A stretch of 64,000 bases of DNA from Nitrosopumilaceae archaeon (GTDB lineage: Archaea > Thermoproteota > Nitrososphaeria > Nitrososphaerales > Nitrosopumilaceae): the NCBI GenBank assembly GCA_965203465.1, contig CBDBCR010000001.1, positions 320,001 to 384,000 of the forward strand, given 5' to 3'. Numbering within the stretch: the first letter of the stretch is position 1; every line of letters starts with the position of its first letter. A program made the position numbers and the translations under genes. The notes under the pieces were generated by a model. That model was not told the DNA's origin and made no database searches. It was given only the letters and a program-made list of their open reading frames with translations. Below, piece after piece: positions 51,719 through 61,258 of the stretch.

Positions 51719-53818
51719 GTGAGCGAGGGTCTTGCGGGGCGGGCGTCCGTGGAGGAGGCGCCGTGGGAGAACCTGAGCCACAGCGCCTCCAAGCGCGTCC
51801 GGGACATATTCGCGGTCATGACCAACCGCAACCGCATCGACATACTGAGGATACTCCACGCAAAGGGCTCGCAGACCTACTCGGAGCTGAAGGCCTTCGC
51901 CGGCTTCCGGTCCAAAAAAGAGAGCGGCAAGTTCGCCTACCACCTGCGCAAGCTGGGCAAGCTCAACTTGGTCTCGCTCAACAAGCTGGAGCGCCGCTAC
52001 GCGCTGACAAACCGCGGCAAGCTCGTCCTCACCCTGATGAAGCAGCTCGAGGACCGCTCGATGGCCGAGAGCGGCAAGACCTACGTGAGGTCCTCGGACG
52101 AATCCATATCAGAGTTCGACCCCGACAAGATAACCGAATCGCTGCTGCGCGAGGGCGGGCTGCCTCCCGAGCTGGCGCAAAAGACGACCGAGGAGGCGGA
52201 GAACCGCCTCACAAAGCACGCCACCTCCTACCTGACCGGCCCGCTCATACGCGAGCAGGTCAACTCGATACTGCTCGAGAACGGCCACCAAGAATACCGC
52301 AACAAGCTGGCGCGCCTCGGCATGCCCGTCTTCGACGTGGCGTCCATGCTATCAAACGCAGAGGCTGCCAACGACGGGCTGCACCGCATGCTGCTCTGGT
52401 CGGGCCGGCGCATAATGCGCGAGTACCTGCTCAGCACCGCGCTGACCAAGAACATAACCGACATGCACCTTGCCGGCGACGTGCACATCGACAACGCCGG
52501 CCAGTGGCAGACCCTGCCCGATACGGTCTTCGTCAACGCCAAGGATCTGCTCGACGGCGACGCCTCGCTGGGCGGCAAGTGCCTCGGGGTCTCGCGCGCC
52601 ACGCCGGCCGACCCCTCGTCGCTTCTGGCCATATCCATATCGCTGCTCGCCCGCGAGGCCTCCGAGGAGGTGGTCATAGACGGGCTGCTCCAGGCGCTGC
52701 CCCGCAGCCGCGACCTAAAGGACGTGCTGCTGCGCGCCTTCATGGCCGCCTCGGTCTCGCTCTCGCCGTCGGACACGGTCGTGTCGATACGGGTCTCGCT
52801 ATCGTCCGGTTCCAGGCAGGTCTCGGCCCTGCTAGAGGCGTACGCCGAGTACGTAAAGGCGACGCCGGCCCCGTCCATATCGCTGGTCATAGACCCCGAA
52901 AAGGGCGGCGTGGAGTCGGTCTCGGAGAGGCTGGCCCCCGTGGTGGCAGCCGGCGGCCTGGTCGCCTTCGCGCGCGGCCGGATCTCCTCGCGCGGCCTGG
53001 CCAACCATTCGAAGGCGCCCTCTTCGCTCCAGCTCCAGTCCGTCACCATAAACCTGCCGCGCCTGGCGCTCGGCTCGTCGCACGACCCGTCGTTCTTCCG
53101 CGCGCGCCTGGCCATCCTGCTCGACCAGGTGCTGGTGCCGATGGAGGAGCGCAAAAAGGACGTCTCGGACATGGTACGGCGCGGCCTCAGCCCGGTGCTC
53201 GCGTCCAACACGCAGTACATGCACAGGGGCAGCATGGCCATGGTGGTGAACTTGGCCGGCCTCGACGAGGCGGTAGTGAACATACTGGGCAACGGGCGCG
53301 ACAGGCAGGGCCACCAGGTGATGTACAAGGTCGTCGAGACGGCGGTCGACAAGGCGGCCGACAAGACCGCCAAGATAGGCTCGGAGGTGGCCATATCCCT
53401 GGTGCGCGGCGGCGATCCGGCCCGCTTCGCCTCGGCCGACAGCGAAAAGTACGGCAAGAGCGAGGTCTTCGGCGAATCCGAGATGGTGCCGTATTCGGAG
53501 GGCGTGGTGATCAGCGCCGACTCGCTGGCCTCGCTGACCCCGCGCAGCGACATCGTCTCGCTGTGCACAAAGCTCAACCGCCTCCTAAAGGGGAGCCTGC
53601 TGGTGCGCGTCGTGCTGCGGCGGGGCACGCCGGCGGCCCAGATAAAGGAGATACTGGAAAAGTCGGCCTCGCTGTTCTCGTCGTTCTGCCCCGTCGTCGA
53701 GGTGCCCCTCTGCGGCGAGTGCGGCTTCAAGGGCGACGGGTTTGCGGAAAAGTGCCCGAAATGCAAGTCCTCGTACATACTGCTCTGCAGGCCGTGGGAG
53801 CGCCCCTCCCAGTCCTAG
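51719..53818 (+). CDS. ArsR-type HTH + ATP-cone + degenerate class III RNR (NrdD)-like protein
   Basis: RIDILRIL..TYSEL..AYHLRKL HTH; VRSS..EFDPDKI ATP cone; HLAGDVHI, VTINLPRLA, CGECG..CPKC; no RxxGY glycyl-radical loop. Confidence 0.8.
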   Translation: MSEGLAGRASVEEAPWENLSHSASKRVRDIFAVMTNRNRIDILRILHAKGSQTYSELKAFAGFRSKKESGKFAYHLRKLGKLNLVSLNKLERRYALTNRGKLVLTLMKQLEDRSMAESGKTYVRSSDESISEFDPDKITESLLREGGLPPELAQKTTEEAENRLTKHATSYLTGPLIREQVNSILLENGHQEYRNKLARLGMPVFDVASMLSNAEAANDGLHRMLLWSGRRIMREYLLSTALTKNITDMHLAGDVHIDNAGQWQTLPDTVFVNAKDLLDGDASLGGKCLGVSRATPADPSSLLAISISLLAREASEEVVIDGLLQALPRSRDLKDVLLRAFMAASVSLSPSDTVVSIRVSLSSGSRQVSALLEAYAEYVKATPAPSISLVIDPEKGGVESVSERLAPVVAAGGLVAFARGRISSRGLANHSKAPSSLQLQSVTINLPRLALGSSHDPSFFRARLAILLDQVLVPMEERKKDVSDMVRRGLSPVLASNTQYMHRGSMAMVVNLAGLDEAVVNILGNGRDRQGHQVMYKVVETAVDKAADKTAKIGSEVAISLVRGGDPARFASADSEKYGKSEVFGESEMVPYSEGVVISADSLASLTPRSDIVSLCTKLNRLLKGSLLVRVVLRRGTPAAQIKEILEKSASLFSSFCPVVEVPLCGECGFKGDGFAEKCPKCKSSYILLCRPWERPSQS

Positions 53819-53967
53819 CGGTTCCGGCCGCGGCGGGCCCGCTCGTTATATGCTTAACTGAATGCGAGCGGCCCCGGGCCGCCGGCGCCGGTGGAAAATT
53901 TTTCAACCCAAAGTCAACTTTCTGCGCGCGCTAGGTTTAAAGACACAGCGTTTGAACCCCCTCCCAT

Positions 53968-56631
53968 ATGAGCAAGACCGGCATGGATCGCGAAACCCCA
54001 GAGGCGCCGGCCATCGAGCAGATAAGGAAGCGCAACGGGAAACTGACCGTCTTCGACCCCGAAAAGATCCGCAGCGCCGTGTACCGGGCGCACGCCTCGA
54101 TAGGCAAGCCCGACCGCGACCTGGCCGGCAGGGTCTGCGAGCGCGTCATGGACCGGATAAAGAGGGACCTGGACGCGCGCCGCGAGCACCCCACCGTCGA
54201 GGCCATACAGGACGTCGTGGAATCGACCCTCATAGACATGAAGCTGAGCGCCATAGCAAAGGCCTACATCGTGTACCGCCTCGAGAGGCGCAAGCTGCGC
54301 GACGAAAAGATGTCCATACTCAACGCCGAAGAGCTCGATCCCGTCTCCAAGGACTTTGACGTAAACTGCCTGAGGGTGCTGGCCTCGAGGTACCTCATGC
54401 GCAACAACAAGAACGAGATAACAGAGAGCCCTACGCAGATGTTCGAGAGGGTGGCGCTGCTGGTCGGCATAGGCGACATGCTCTACGACCAGTCGATCTT
54501 TGACAAGAGCGGCGGGCACCGGCAGGACCCCGCCGAGGCCAGGGAGTACTATACAAAGCTGGACAACTTTGACAACAAGTTCTCCGTGGGCCCCTACTAC
54601 CTCAACAAGTACCACTTTAGGGCCCTGATAGGCCACTACGCGGAGCTGGCCTCGGCCGGCCGGATGAAGGTCGGCTTCAAGGAGCTGCTGACCATGCTGG
54701 CAGCGCACAAGCTCGATTCGTACGCCGAGAGGATATCGTCGTACTTTGAGCTGATGGCCTCGCAGGACTTTCTGCCCAACTCGCCTACCATGATGAACGC
54801 CGGCGGCCGGCTCGGGCAGCTCTCCGCCTGCTTTGTGCTCGACATGCCCGACGACATGGAGGGGATAATGAAGTCCACCTCGGACGCGGCCCTCATATTC
54901 AAGTCCGGCGGCGGGGTGGGCATAAACTACTCGGACCTGAGGCAGGAGGGGGACATCGTGGCCTCGACGTCGGGCGTGGCCTCCGGGCCGGTCTCGTTCA
55001 TGAACATCATAAACACCGTCACCGAGGTAGTAAAGCAGGGGGGCAAGAGGCGCGGGGCCAACATGGGGATACTGGAGGTCTGGCACCCCGACGTCGAAAA
55101 GTTCATCTCCAACAAGACGCAGGCCGGCGTGCTCGAGAATTTCAACGTCAGCGTCGGGATGTGGGAGGACTTTTGGAAGGCCCTGGTGGACGACAAGAAC
55201 GGCAAGTACATGCTGCGCGGCAGCCGCGACAGGGGCCCCGTAAAGGAGACCAGCGCGCACCAGATATTCGACCTCATAGCCCTGTCGGCGTGGAAGAGCG
55301 CCGAGCCGGGGCTGATATTCTTCGATCAGATAAACAAGTACAACGTCTTCGCAAAGGCGCGCGGCGGGCCGCTGCGCGCGACCAACCCGTGCGGCGAGCA
55401 GAGCCTCTACCCGTACGAGTCGTGCAATTTGGGATCCATAAACCTGGCCAACATGGTAAAGCGGCAGGGCGAGGGCTACGAGTTCGACTGGCAGCGCTAC
55501 GAGCAGATAATACGGCAGACCACGCGGTTCCTCGACGACATCATCGACGTCAACAACTACCCGGTCCCCGAGATCGACTCGGCCTCCAAGGAGTCGCGCA
55601 GGATTGGCCTCGGGGTGATGGGCGTGGCCGACCTGCTGTACAAGCTAAAGATACCGTACAACTCGAAAGAGGGCTACGAGCTCCAGTCGGCCCTGGCAGA
55701 GGCGCTCACGTACTATTCGATGGAGGAGAGCGTAGAGCTGGCAAAGTCGCGCGGGCAGTTTTCGCTCTGCCCCCGGACAGAATACCCCGACGGCAAGGTG
55801 CCCGTCGCGGGGTACTACGAGACCGACGCGTCCGAATCCGCCTACGAGTGGGACGCGCTGATAGACAAGGTGCGCAGGTACGGCGTGCGCAACGTGCTGA
55901 CCACCACGGTGGCCCCCACGGGCACGCTCTCGATGATCGCCGACTGCAGCAACGGCATGGAGCCGACCTTCGCGCTCGTCTTCGAAAAGCGCGTGACCGT
56001 CGGGAGGTTCTTTTACACCAACAAGATATTCGAAAAGGCGCTGCGCGACTGCGGCCTGTACTCTGACGAGCTGCTCAAAAAGATAGCCGACAACTACGGC
56101 TCGGTGCAGGGCATGGACGAGATACCCGAGTGGATGAGGCGCGTCTTCGTGACGGCCATGGACATACACTGGGCCGACCACCTGTACGCGCAGTCCATAT
56201 GGCAGAGGTGGATAGGCAACGCGATAGCAAAGACGATAAACATGCCCTACGACGTGACCGTCGAGGACGTAAAGGCGGCGTATTTGCTGGCCCACGAGAT
56301 GGGCCTAAAGGGGATAACCGTGTACAGGGACGGCTCGCGCCACGCGCAGGTGCTCCACATGACCAGCTCGCAGGCCGCGAAGAACTTCGACGTGGCGCCC
56401 ACCGGCCACGTGACCGACTTTGTGCGGCGCCACGCGGCCAACCCCTACATACGGGCCCAGATAGACGAGGCGCTGCGCCTCAAAGAGCCGCCCGAGCCGG
56501 TCCCCGACGCCGAGGCGCCTGCCCCCGAGATGGACCGCGAGACGTGCCCCGCGTGCGCTGCCAACCTGGTCTTCGCCGAGGGGTGCCACCTGTGCATCGA
56601 GTGCGGGCACAGCGGCTGCACTTCCGGGTAG
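53968..56631 (+). CDS. nrdJ: Adenosylcobalamin-dependent (class II) ribonucleotide reductase
   Basis: ATP cone IRKRNG; PNSPTMMNAG, LSACFV, RRGANM, TNPCGEQ, APTGT, KGITVYRDGS; C-terminal CxxC..EGC..CxxCG. Confidence 0.95.
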   Translation: MSKTGMDRETPEAPAIEQIRKRNGKLTVFDPEKIRSAVYRAHASIGKPDRDLAGRVCERVMDRIKRDLDARREHPTVEAIQDVVESTLIDMKLSAIAKAYIVYRLERRKLRDEKMSILNAEELDPVSKDFDVNCLRVLASRYLMRNNKNEITESPTQMFERVALLVGIGDMLYDQSIFDKSGGHRQDPAEAREYYTKLDNFDNKFSVGPYYLNKYHFRALIGHYAELASAGRMKVGFKELLTMLAAHKLDSYAERISSYFELMASQDFLPNSPTMMNAGGRLGQLSACFVLDMPDDMEGIMKSTSDAALIFKSGGGVGINYSDLRQEGDIVASTSGVASGPVSFMNIINTVTEVVKQGGKRRGANMGILEVWHPDVEKFISNKTQAGVLENFNVSVGMWEDFWKALVDDKNGKYMLRGSRDRGPVKETSAHQIFDLIALSAWKSAEPGLIFFDQINKYNVFAKARGGPLRATNPCGEQSLYPYESCNLGSINLANMVKRQGEGYEFDWQRYEQIIRQTTRFLDDIIDVNNYPVPEIDSASKESRRIGLGVMGVADLLYKLKIPYNSKEGYELQSALAEALTYYSMEESVELAKSRGQFSLCPRTEYPDGKVPVAGYYETDASESAYEWDALIDKVRRYGVRNVLTTTVAPTGTLSMIADCSNGMEPTFALVFEKRVTVGRFFYTNKIFEKALRDCGLYSDELLKKIADNYGSVQGMDEIPEWMRRVFVTAMDIHWADHLYAQSIWQRWIGNAIAKTINMPYDVTVEDVKAAYLLAHEMGLKGITVYRDGSRHAQVLHMTSSQAAKNFDVAPTGHVTDFVRRHAANPYIRAQIDEALRLKEPPEPVPDAEAPAPEMDRETCPACAANLVFAEGCHLCIECGHSGCTSG

Positions 56632-56633
56632 GC

Positions 56634-57161
56634 TTGGAGCGGCGCTACTCCAATTCAATGTGGCAGGCCGGCTACAAGATATTGGGCGACGGCAGGTGGT
56701 TTTTCGGGTGCATGGACGACGCCTCGCGCCTGGTGACGGGGTTCGGCCTCGCCGGCGAGCCCTCGGGGGGCCACGCCCTCGGGGTGATCGCGCGGGCCGT
56801 CTCGGAGCGCGGCAGGCCCGCCTCGGTGCTGACCGGCCGCGTGCGCCCGTTCTACGGCGCGGCCGCGACCGAGTTCGAAAAGGGGCTGGCCGCGCTGGGC
56901 GTGCGGCACCTGCTGCCGTCCCCCGGCCTGACGGTGGGCAAGCTGGCCAGGTTCGGCCAGATGCAGCGCAATCTGCCGGGGTTCGAAGAGGCCTCGGCGC
57001 GCGGCCCGGGGCACGTGGGCGGGCCGTTCTGCACCGACGGGCCGCGGGATCCGGTGGAGAGGCTGGTCGAGTGGCACAACGACGCGCTGCACATGTCGCT
57101 GGGCGGGGGCCAGACGCCCGAGCAGGCGTTCGCGAGCAGGGCGGCCCCCCGGGAAGCCTAG
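56634..57161 (+). pseudogene. Degenerate integrase-core (IS481-like) transposase remnant
   Basis: ERRYSNSMWQAGYK..GRW..MDDASR..P.SVLTG..GKLARF..WHN..HMSL..TP; the DDE residues are replaced and no HTH is present. Confidence 0.7.
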
Positions 57162-57236
57162 GCGGGGCCCTGCCGGAGCCCGCGCTGCCGCCTGCGCAAA
57201 CGCGCGCCGCTTTTCTGCGGGGGCCTCGGCGGGCCC

Positions 57237-58286
57237 CTACATCCCCCTCATGTCCAGCCCGATCTCTATCCGGTGCTTGCGCGCCTCGTCCAAATCGAAC
57301 GATTCCACGTGCGTCCTGCCGCAAACCTCGTGCATCTGAAAGACGGACACGTATTCCTTCGACGGCGCTATCTCTATGGCGCGTTCGGCCAGCTCGTCGC
57401 TGTGGGTGGCCAGGAATACCTGGTTGCCGTAGTCCCTGCACCCCCTGAGCAGCTCTTCGACTACGTGGTACATCAGCGCCGGGTGCGTGCTGTTCTCCGG
57501 CCCTTCGATGGCCATCGTGCCCCCCCGCAACAGGTGGCTGGACATGGACAGCAGCACGGCGGAGCGGAATCCGTCGCCCACGAGGCTAATGGGCCTCTTG
57601 GCGCCGCTTTCGAAGAACACGTACGTCTCGCCGCCGATCTGCTGTATGTCGATCACCTCTCGGGTATATCCTTTCAGCCTGGAGACCACGTCGCGCATCT
57701 TGCCGGAACTGGACGCCCGGCTGCACAGCTCTTTTTGCGCAAGATCCGGATTTTTCACAAACAGGCTCGAGCCGGCCGCGGCGCCGGAAGGCGCGGTTTC
57801 GGACAGGATGTCTGCGCCGGCTACGTATAGCCTTCCTAGCACGCGGGAGCCGCCGCGGAAATAAAAGTAAAACTCGCGGCGCGCGCCTTTCCGATCCGAC
57901 GCCCCGCCTTGACTACTAGATCCGATCTCTTTCATCCGCCCGGCATCCGGAATCTCCTCCATGTCGTGCAACGATCCGGCCATTTCCAGCGTCTCGACGG
58001 CGCCCGTGTCCAGAACGCCCCTCACCGCGGCGTTCTTCCTGTCGCCGTGGACGATGTAATCCCAGCCTCCGCCGATCTCGACTCTGCGCCCGAGGATCTG
58101 CTCCAGCGTGCTCTCGCCGAACGCGTTCCTGAACATATGCTGCCCGGAGCTCATCAGGGATATCGCCTCCAGGCACGAGGACTTGCCCGCGTTGTTGCGG
58201 CCCACCAGTATGTTGAGGCGGCCCAGCTTGTCCAGCACCACGTCGTCCGCCCCGCGGAACCCCGAGATCCGTATCTGCTTGTACAC
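57237..58286 (-). CDS. AAA_15/AAA_21-type (ABC-like) ATPase
   Basis: IRISGFRG, GRNNAGKSS, VGDGFR signature, IEGPENSTHP (atypical Walker B), FLATHS. Confidence 0.85.
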   Translation of the reverse strand: MYKQIRISGFRGADDVVLDKLGRLNILVGRNNAGKSSCLEAISLMSSGQHMFRNAFGESTLEQILGRRVEIGGGWDYIVHGDRKNAAVRGVLDTGAVETLEMAGSLHDMEEIPDAGRMKEIGSSSQGGASDRKGARREFYFYFRGGSRVLGRLYVAGADILSETAPSGAAAGSSLFVKNPDLAQKELCSRASSSGKMRDVVSRLKGYTREVIDIQQIGGETYVFFESGAKRPISLVGDGFRSAVLLSMSSHLLRGGTMAIEGPENSTHPALMYHVVEELLRGCRDYGNQVFLATHSDELAERAIEIAPSKEYVSVFQMHEVCGRTHVESFDLDEARKHRIEIGLDMRGM

Positions 58287-58413
58287 GCGGGCCGCGCCGC
58301 GGACCCGCCTTTAATTTTGTACGGCCCCGGCGGTTCGGGCAGAGCACTTGGGGAACGCGGGCATCCGGGCGTTTTCGGGGCCGTGCCGAAGGCCGGCCGG
58401 CAGGGGACTTTGG

Positions 58414-59799
58414 CTACCCGAAGCGCAGGCTGCCGCAGAAGCAGCCCGGCTTTACGGCCGGCGTGCGGTGGTCGCAGAACTCGTTGGCCACGTCGACGTA
58501 CGAGACCGAGCCGCCCGATCCGCCGTACATGCCCAGCAGCCCGAGGAGCTTGTCGGTGCCCAGGCACGCGGCCCACGTGGTGAGCGTGACCGCCGACGGC
58601 TGGTGCGGCTCGTAGTACCCCGACTCCTCCTTTGCCCTCCTCTGCCCCTCGTCGAGGCACTCGTCTGCCAGCCTCATGCCGTCGATCTGGCCCGTGCACC
58701 ACAGGCACGCCGTGGAAGGGGTGACCAGCTGCGCGCGTATCGTGGCCTCGAACCTGCCTTTCGTGACCACGTTGCAGCCCACGTCGATGAGGGGGCGGTA
58801 GTGCTCCAGCGCCGCGGCGTTGAGGCGGTCCCTGCTCCTCATGCTGTCGGTGCAGCAGATCACCGCGTCCGATTCCATGGCGGCCTCCAGGTGCTCTTTC
58901 CGGCAGACGTCGCCCACCGTCGAGCGCACCTCCGAGTCGGAGAACGATTCCAGGTGCTCGCGCACCACGTCCGCCTTGGCGGCCCCCACGTGCCTCCTGG
59001 AGGATCCGTGGAGCCTGCTGACGTTGCTCTCCTCGACCGAGTCGGGATCGATCAGCCTAATGCGCCGCACCCCCAGCCGCGCAAGCTGCACGGCCACGCC
59101 GGATCCCACGCCGCCGGCGCCCACCACGCACACGTCCAGGCCGCGCACGCGCCCGTGCGTCTCCGGGCCCAGCATGGACGCCTGGCGCGCGTAGACGCCG
59201 CCGGCCGCTCCGTCCCGCCGGCACGGCGCGCCCCGGTCCGCGCGCCCCAGCGTCTTTCCCACCACGTCTATCCTGGATACCGTGTGGTCGCTTCCGCCGT
59301 GGTGCGCCACGGCGTGCATGCCCGCGCCGCTCACCACCGCGCTTGCGGCGGGGCGGCCGTCGAGCAGCTCGGCCATGTCGCGGAAGAACGTCCTGTTGGC
59401 GCTCTCGTCCGTGCCGCTGAACGACGGGGGGTGGTCGGGGGACGGGTGCGTGTGGACGAACAGCAGGCACGAGCCGGCCCTGTCGGCCTCTTCGACCGCC
59501 CTGTTGAGGTACGCCGACGACGGGCTGATGCTGCCGGGCCCCCGCTCGGACCACGAGCCAGGCCCGGGCAGCACGGCTTCCCTGACCAGAAGGCGCTGCC
59601 CTGATCCCGACGCGTGCCAGTCGGCCCTCAGATAGCACCCGTTTTCGAGCGGGCTCCCCTCCTCCAGGAACGCGGACACGCGCTCGTACAGGCCAGACGG
59701 GAACGCTATGGCCCACTCTTGGCGGGGCGCGCCTTTGGATTTTTCGTCCTTCCGGGCTGGCGCCGCGGGGCGGCCCGGCCGTCTGCTAAAAAGCGGCAC
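58414..59799 (-). CDS. JAB/MPN metalloprotease fused to ThiF/E1 adenylation domain
   Basis: JAB: ENGC..HTHP..FSGTD. E1: YARQ, GAGGVGS, IDPDSVEESNVSR, CTD, DVG, CLWC..SGYY..CFCG. Confidence 0.9.
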   Translation of the reverse strand: MPLFSRRPGRPAAPARKDEKSKGAPRQEWAIAFPSGLYERVSAFLEEGSPLENGCYLRADWHASGSGQRLLVREAVLPGPGSWSERGPGSISPSSAYLNRAVEEADRAGSCLLFVHTHPSPDHPPSFSGTDESANRTFFRDMAELLDGRPAASAVVSGAGMHAVAHHGGSDHTVSRIDVVGKTLGRADRGAPCRRDGAAGGVYARQASMLGPETHGRVRGLDVCVVGAGGVGSGVAVQLARLGVRRIRLIDPDSVEESNVSRLHGSSRRHVGAAKADVVREHLESFSDSEVRSTVGDVCRKEHLEAAMESDAVICCTDSMRSRDRLNAAALEHYRPLIDVGCNVVTKGRFEATIRAQLVTPSTACLWCTGQIDGMRLADECLDEGQRRAKEESGYYEPHQPSAVTLTTWAACLGTDKLLGLLGMYGGSGGSVSYVDVANEFCDHRTPAVKPGCFCGSLRFG

Positions 59800-59801
59800 G
59801 C

Positions 59802-60194
59802 TCAGTCACCGTTCTCGAACCTCCGGTCCACGTATTCCATGAAACTGGCCAGGTCGTCCCTGGCGGGATCCCATCCGCAGTCGGCGTACGGGTGGATGCT
59901 CCACTGCAGCCATTCTTTCCCCATGTGGGCCACCGTAAAGGTGCCCTCCGGCCGCCCGTCGCCCTTGAGCAGGGTGTCGCACGGGGTGAAAAACATGTCG
60001 AACGGGGTCTTGGGGTAGTGTACGGTGTTTGTGATCATCACGCTAGTCCTGTCCCTGTTGTACCGTGCAGACCGTATGGGATAGTCCGCAAACACGACGT
60101 ACACCATCTCGTTTTCCGCGCGCACCACGGTGCCCCGTAGGCCCCGCCTGCCCTCGAACTCTTTTACCTCGCCGAGCAGCTGCTGCGGGATCAT
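59802..60194 (-). CDS. Prokaryotic E2/UBC-fold protein (E2 family E-like, WSxH motif)
   Basis: YP..PFDMFF, WLQWSIH, W.P..DDL..F; sits between the Ubl and the JAB-E1. Confidence 0.8.
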   Translation of the reverse strand: MIPQQLLGEVKEFEGRRGLRGTVVRAENEMVYVVFADYPIRSARYNRDRTSVMITNTVHYPKTPFDMFFTPCDTLLKGDGRPEGTFTVAHMGKEWLQWSIHPYADCGWDPARDDLASFMEYVDRRFENGD

Positions 60195-60451
60195 GCGCCG
60201 TACGTGTTGCTCCTTCGTATCGCGCGCAACTGCATGCCCGGCGTGACCGAAACTTCGTGCTCCCTGTCAAGCGGCTCCCCGCCGACCCCCACGACGAACA
60301 GGTCGTATTCGTTGATCTCGCTGTCCGGATATCCGGCCTTTTCGAGCAGCTCCGCCACTGTGGCCTGCCCGCCGGGGCCCAGACTGACGGTCTTTTTGTT
60401 TATTTTTATCTCGACGGCCGGGTTTTCGCTCGGCGCGTCCACGTTGCTCAT
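60191..60451 (-). CDS. Ubiquitin-like beta-grasp protein ending ..TYG-A
   Basis: VEIKINKKTV, TVAELLEKAG, YDLFVV, V.V..GMQLRA; penultimate Gly; ATGA overlap with the E2 gene. Confidence 0.75.
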   Translation of the reverse strand: MSNVDAPSENPAVEIKINKKTVSLGPGGQATVAELLEKAGYPDSEINEYDLFVVGVGGEPLDREHEVSVTPGMQLRAIRRSNTYGA

Positions 60452-60527
60452 TGGGAAGCGTGCGGAGGCCGCGTTAATATTTCTTTTAACATTGCATATT
60501 TAAGCCCGAAGTTTCACGCCCGCGGCG

Positions 60528-60866
60528 TTGGATCCGGCCGGTTTCGATCAAAGCTCCGTCTTGGTAAGCTCGTCCATACTGGCGGGCCTGCTCGGTGCGG
60601 GGTTTTTTGCGGCCCAGCAGCTTGCCCGCGGCACGTATTCGGATCCAAGGCCGACTATAATGCCCTTGTACGCGTTCGGCCTGCTCTCGGTAATCTTTCC
60701 GTTCGCGATTATAATGGCCGTGATCGCCGGGCTGTACCACGCGTATCTTCACTTTGCGCTGCTTTCTGGCATGCTTGCGTGCGTTGGACTGTATTTGCGC
60801 CTCTTGTACAAAATGCGCTACGACGAGTATTCGTACGGAGCGTGGAGCGACAATACGACGCGCTGA
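60528..60866 (+). CDS. Small integral membrane protein (about 3 TM)
   Basis: Three hydrophobic segments; divergent from the Ubl operon across an AT-rich spacer (60474-60503). Confidence 0.6.
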   Translation: MDPAGFDQSSVLVSSSILAGLLGAGFFAAQQLARGTYSDPRPTIMPLYAFGLLSVIFPFAIIMAVIAGLYHAYLHFALLSGMLACVGLYLRLLYKMRYDEYSYGAWSDNTTR

Positions 60867-60875
60867 CCCACAGCG

Positions 60876-61133
60876 TCAGGCCATGTCCCTGCGCTCTACT
60901 ATCATGTCCTGCATGCTTTTGAGATCGTCCCGGACTTCGGTAAAGTTTTTCGCGATATGGTCAAAGAGCACGATCCCGAACTCGTACTCTTTCGTCTTTA
61001 GGATCTGATCCAGCGCGCGGCGGGCGATCCTGAGGTGGTCTTTTCCGTCGGGGTTTTCCGACCTGATCTCCCTCATGCGGCGCATGGTCAGATTCAGCCT
61101 CCTCTCGTCGAGCACGGACATGCTTTCGCTCAC
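60876..61133 (-). CDS. Hypothetical helical protein (85 aa)
   Basis: Protein-like composition; TATATTT on the minus strand about 25 bp upstream. Confidence 0.55.
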   Translation of the reverse strand: MSESMSVLDERRLNLTMRRMREIRSENPDGKDHLRIARRALDQILKTKEYEFGIVLFDHIAKNFTEVRDDLKSMQDMIVERRDMA

Positions 61134-61258
61134 GCCTCAACGGCCGTCCGTTGGCAAATATATCTTGCGCAAGGGCCGTGCCCGGACCGCCATGCGCGCA
61201 GCGGAGGAATCCAAGCCGCCTCTAAAGCAATTAATACGGCCGGGCGGGGGCCGGGGCC

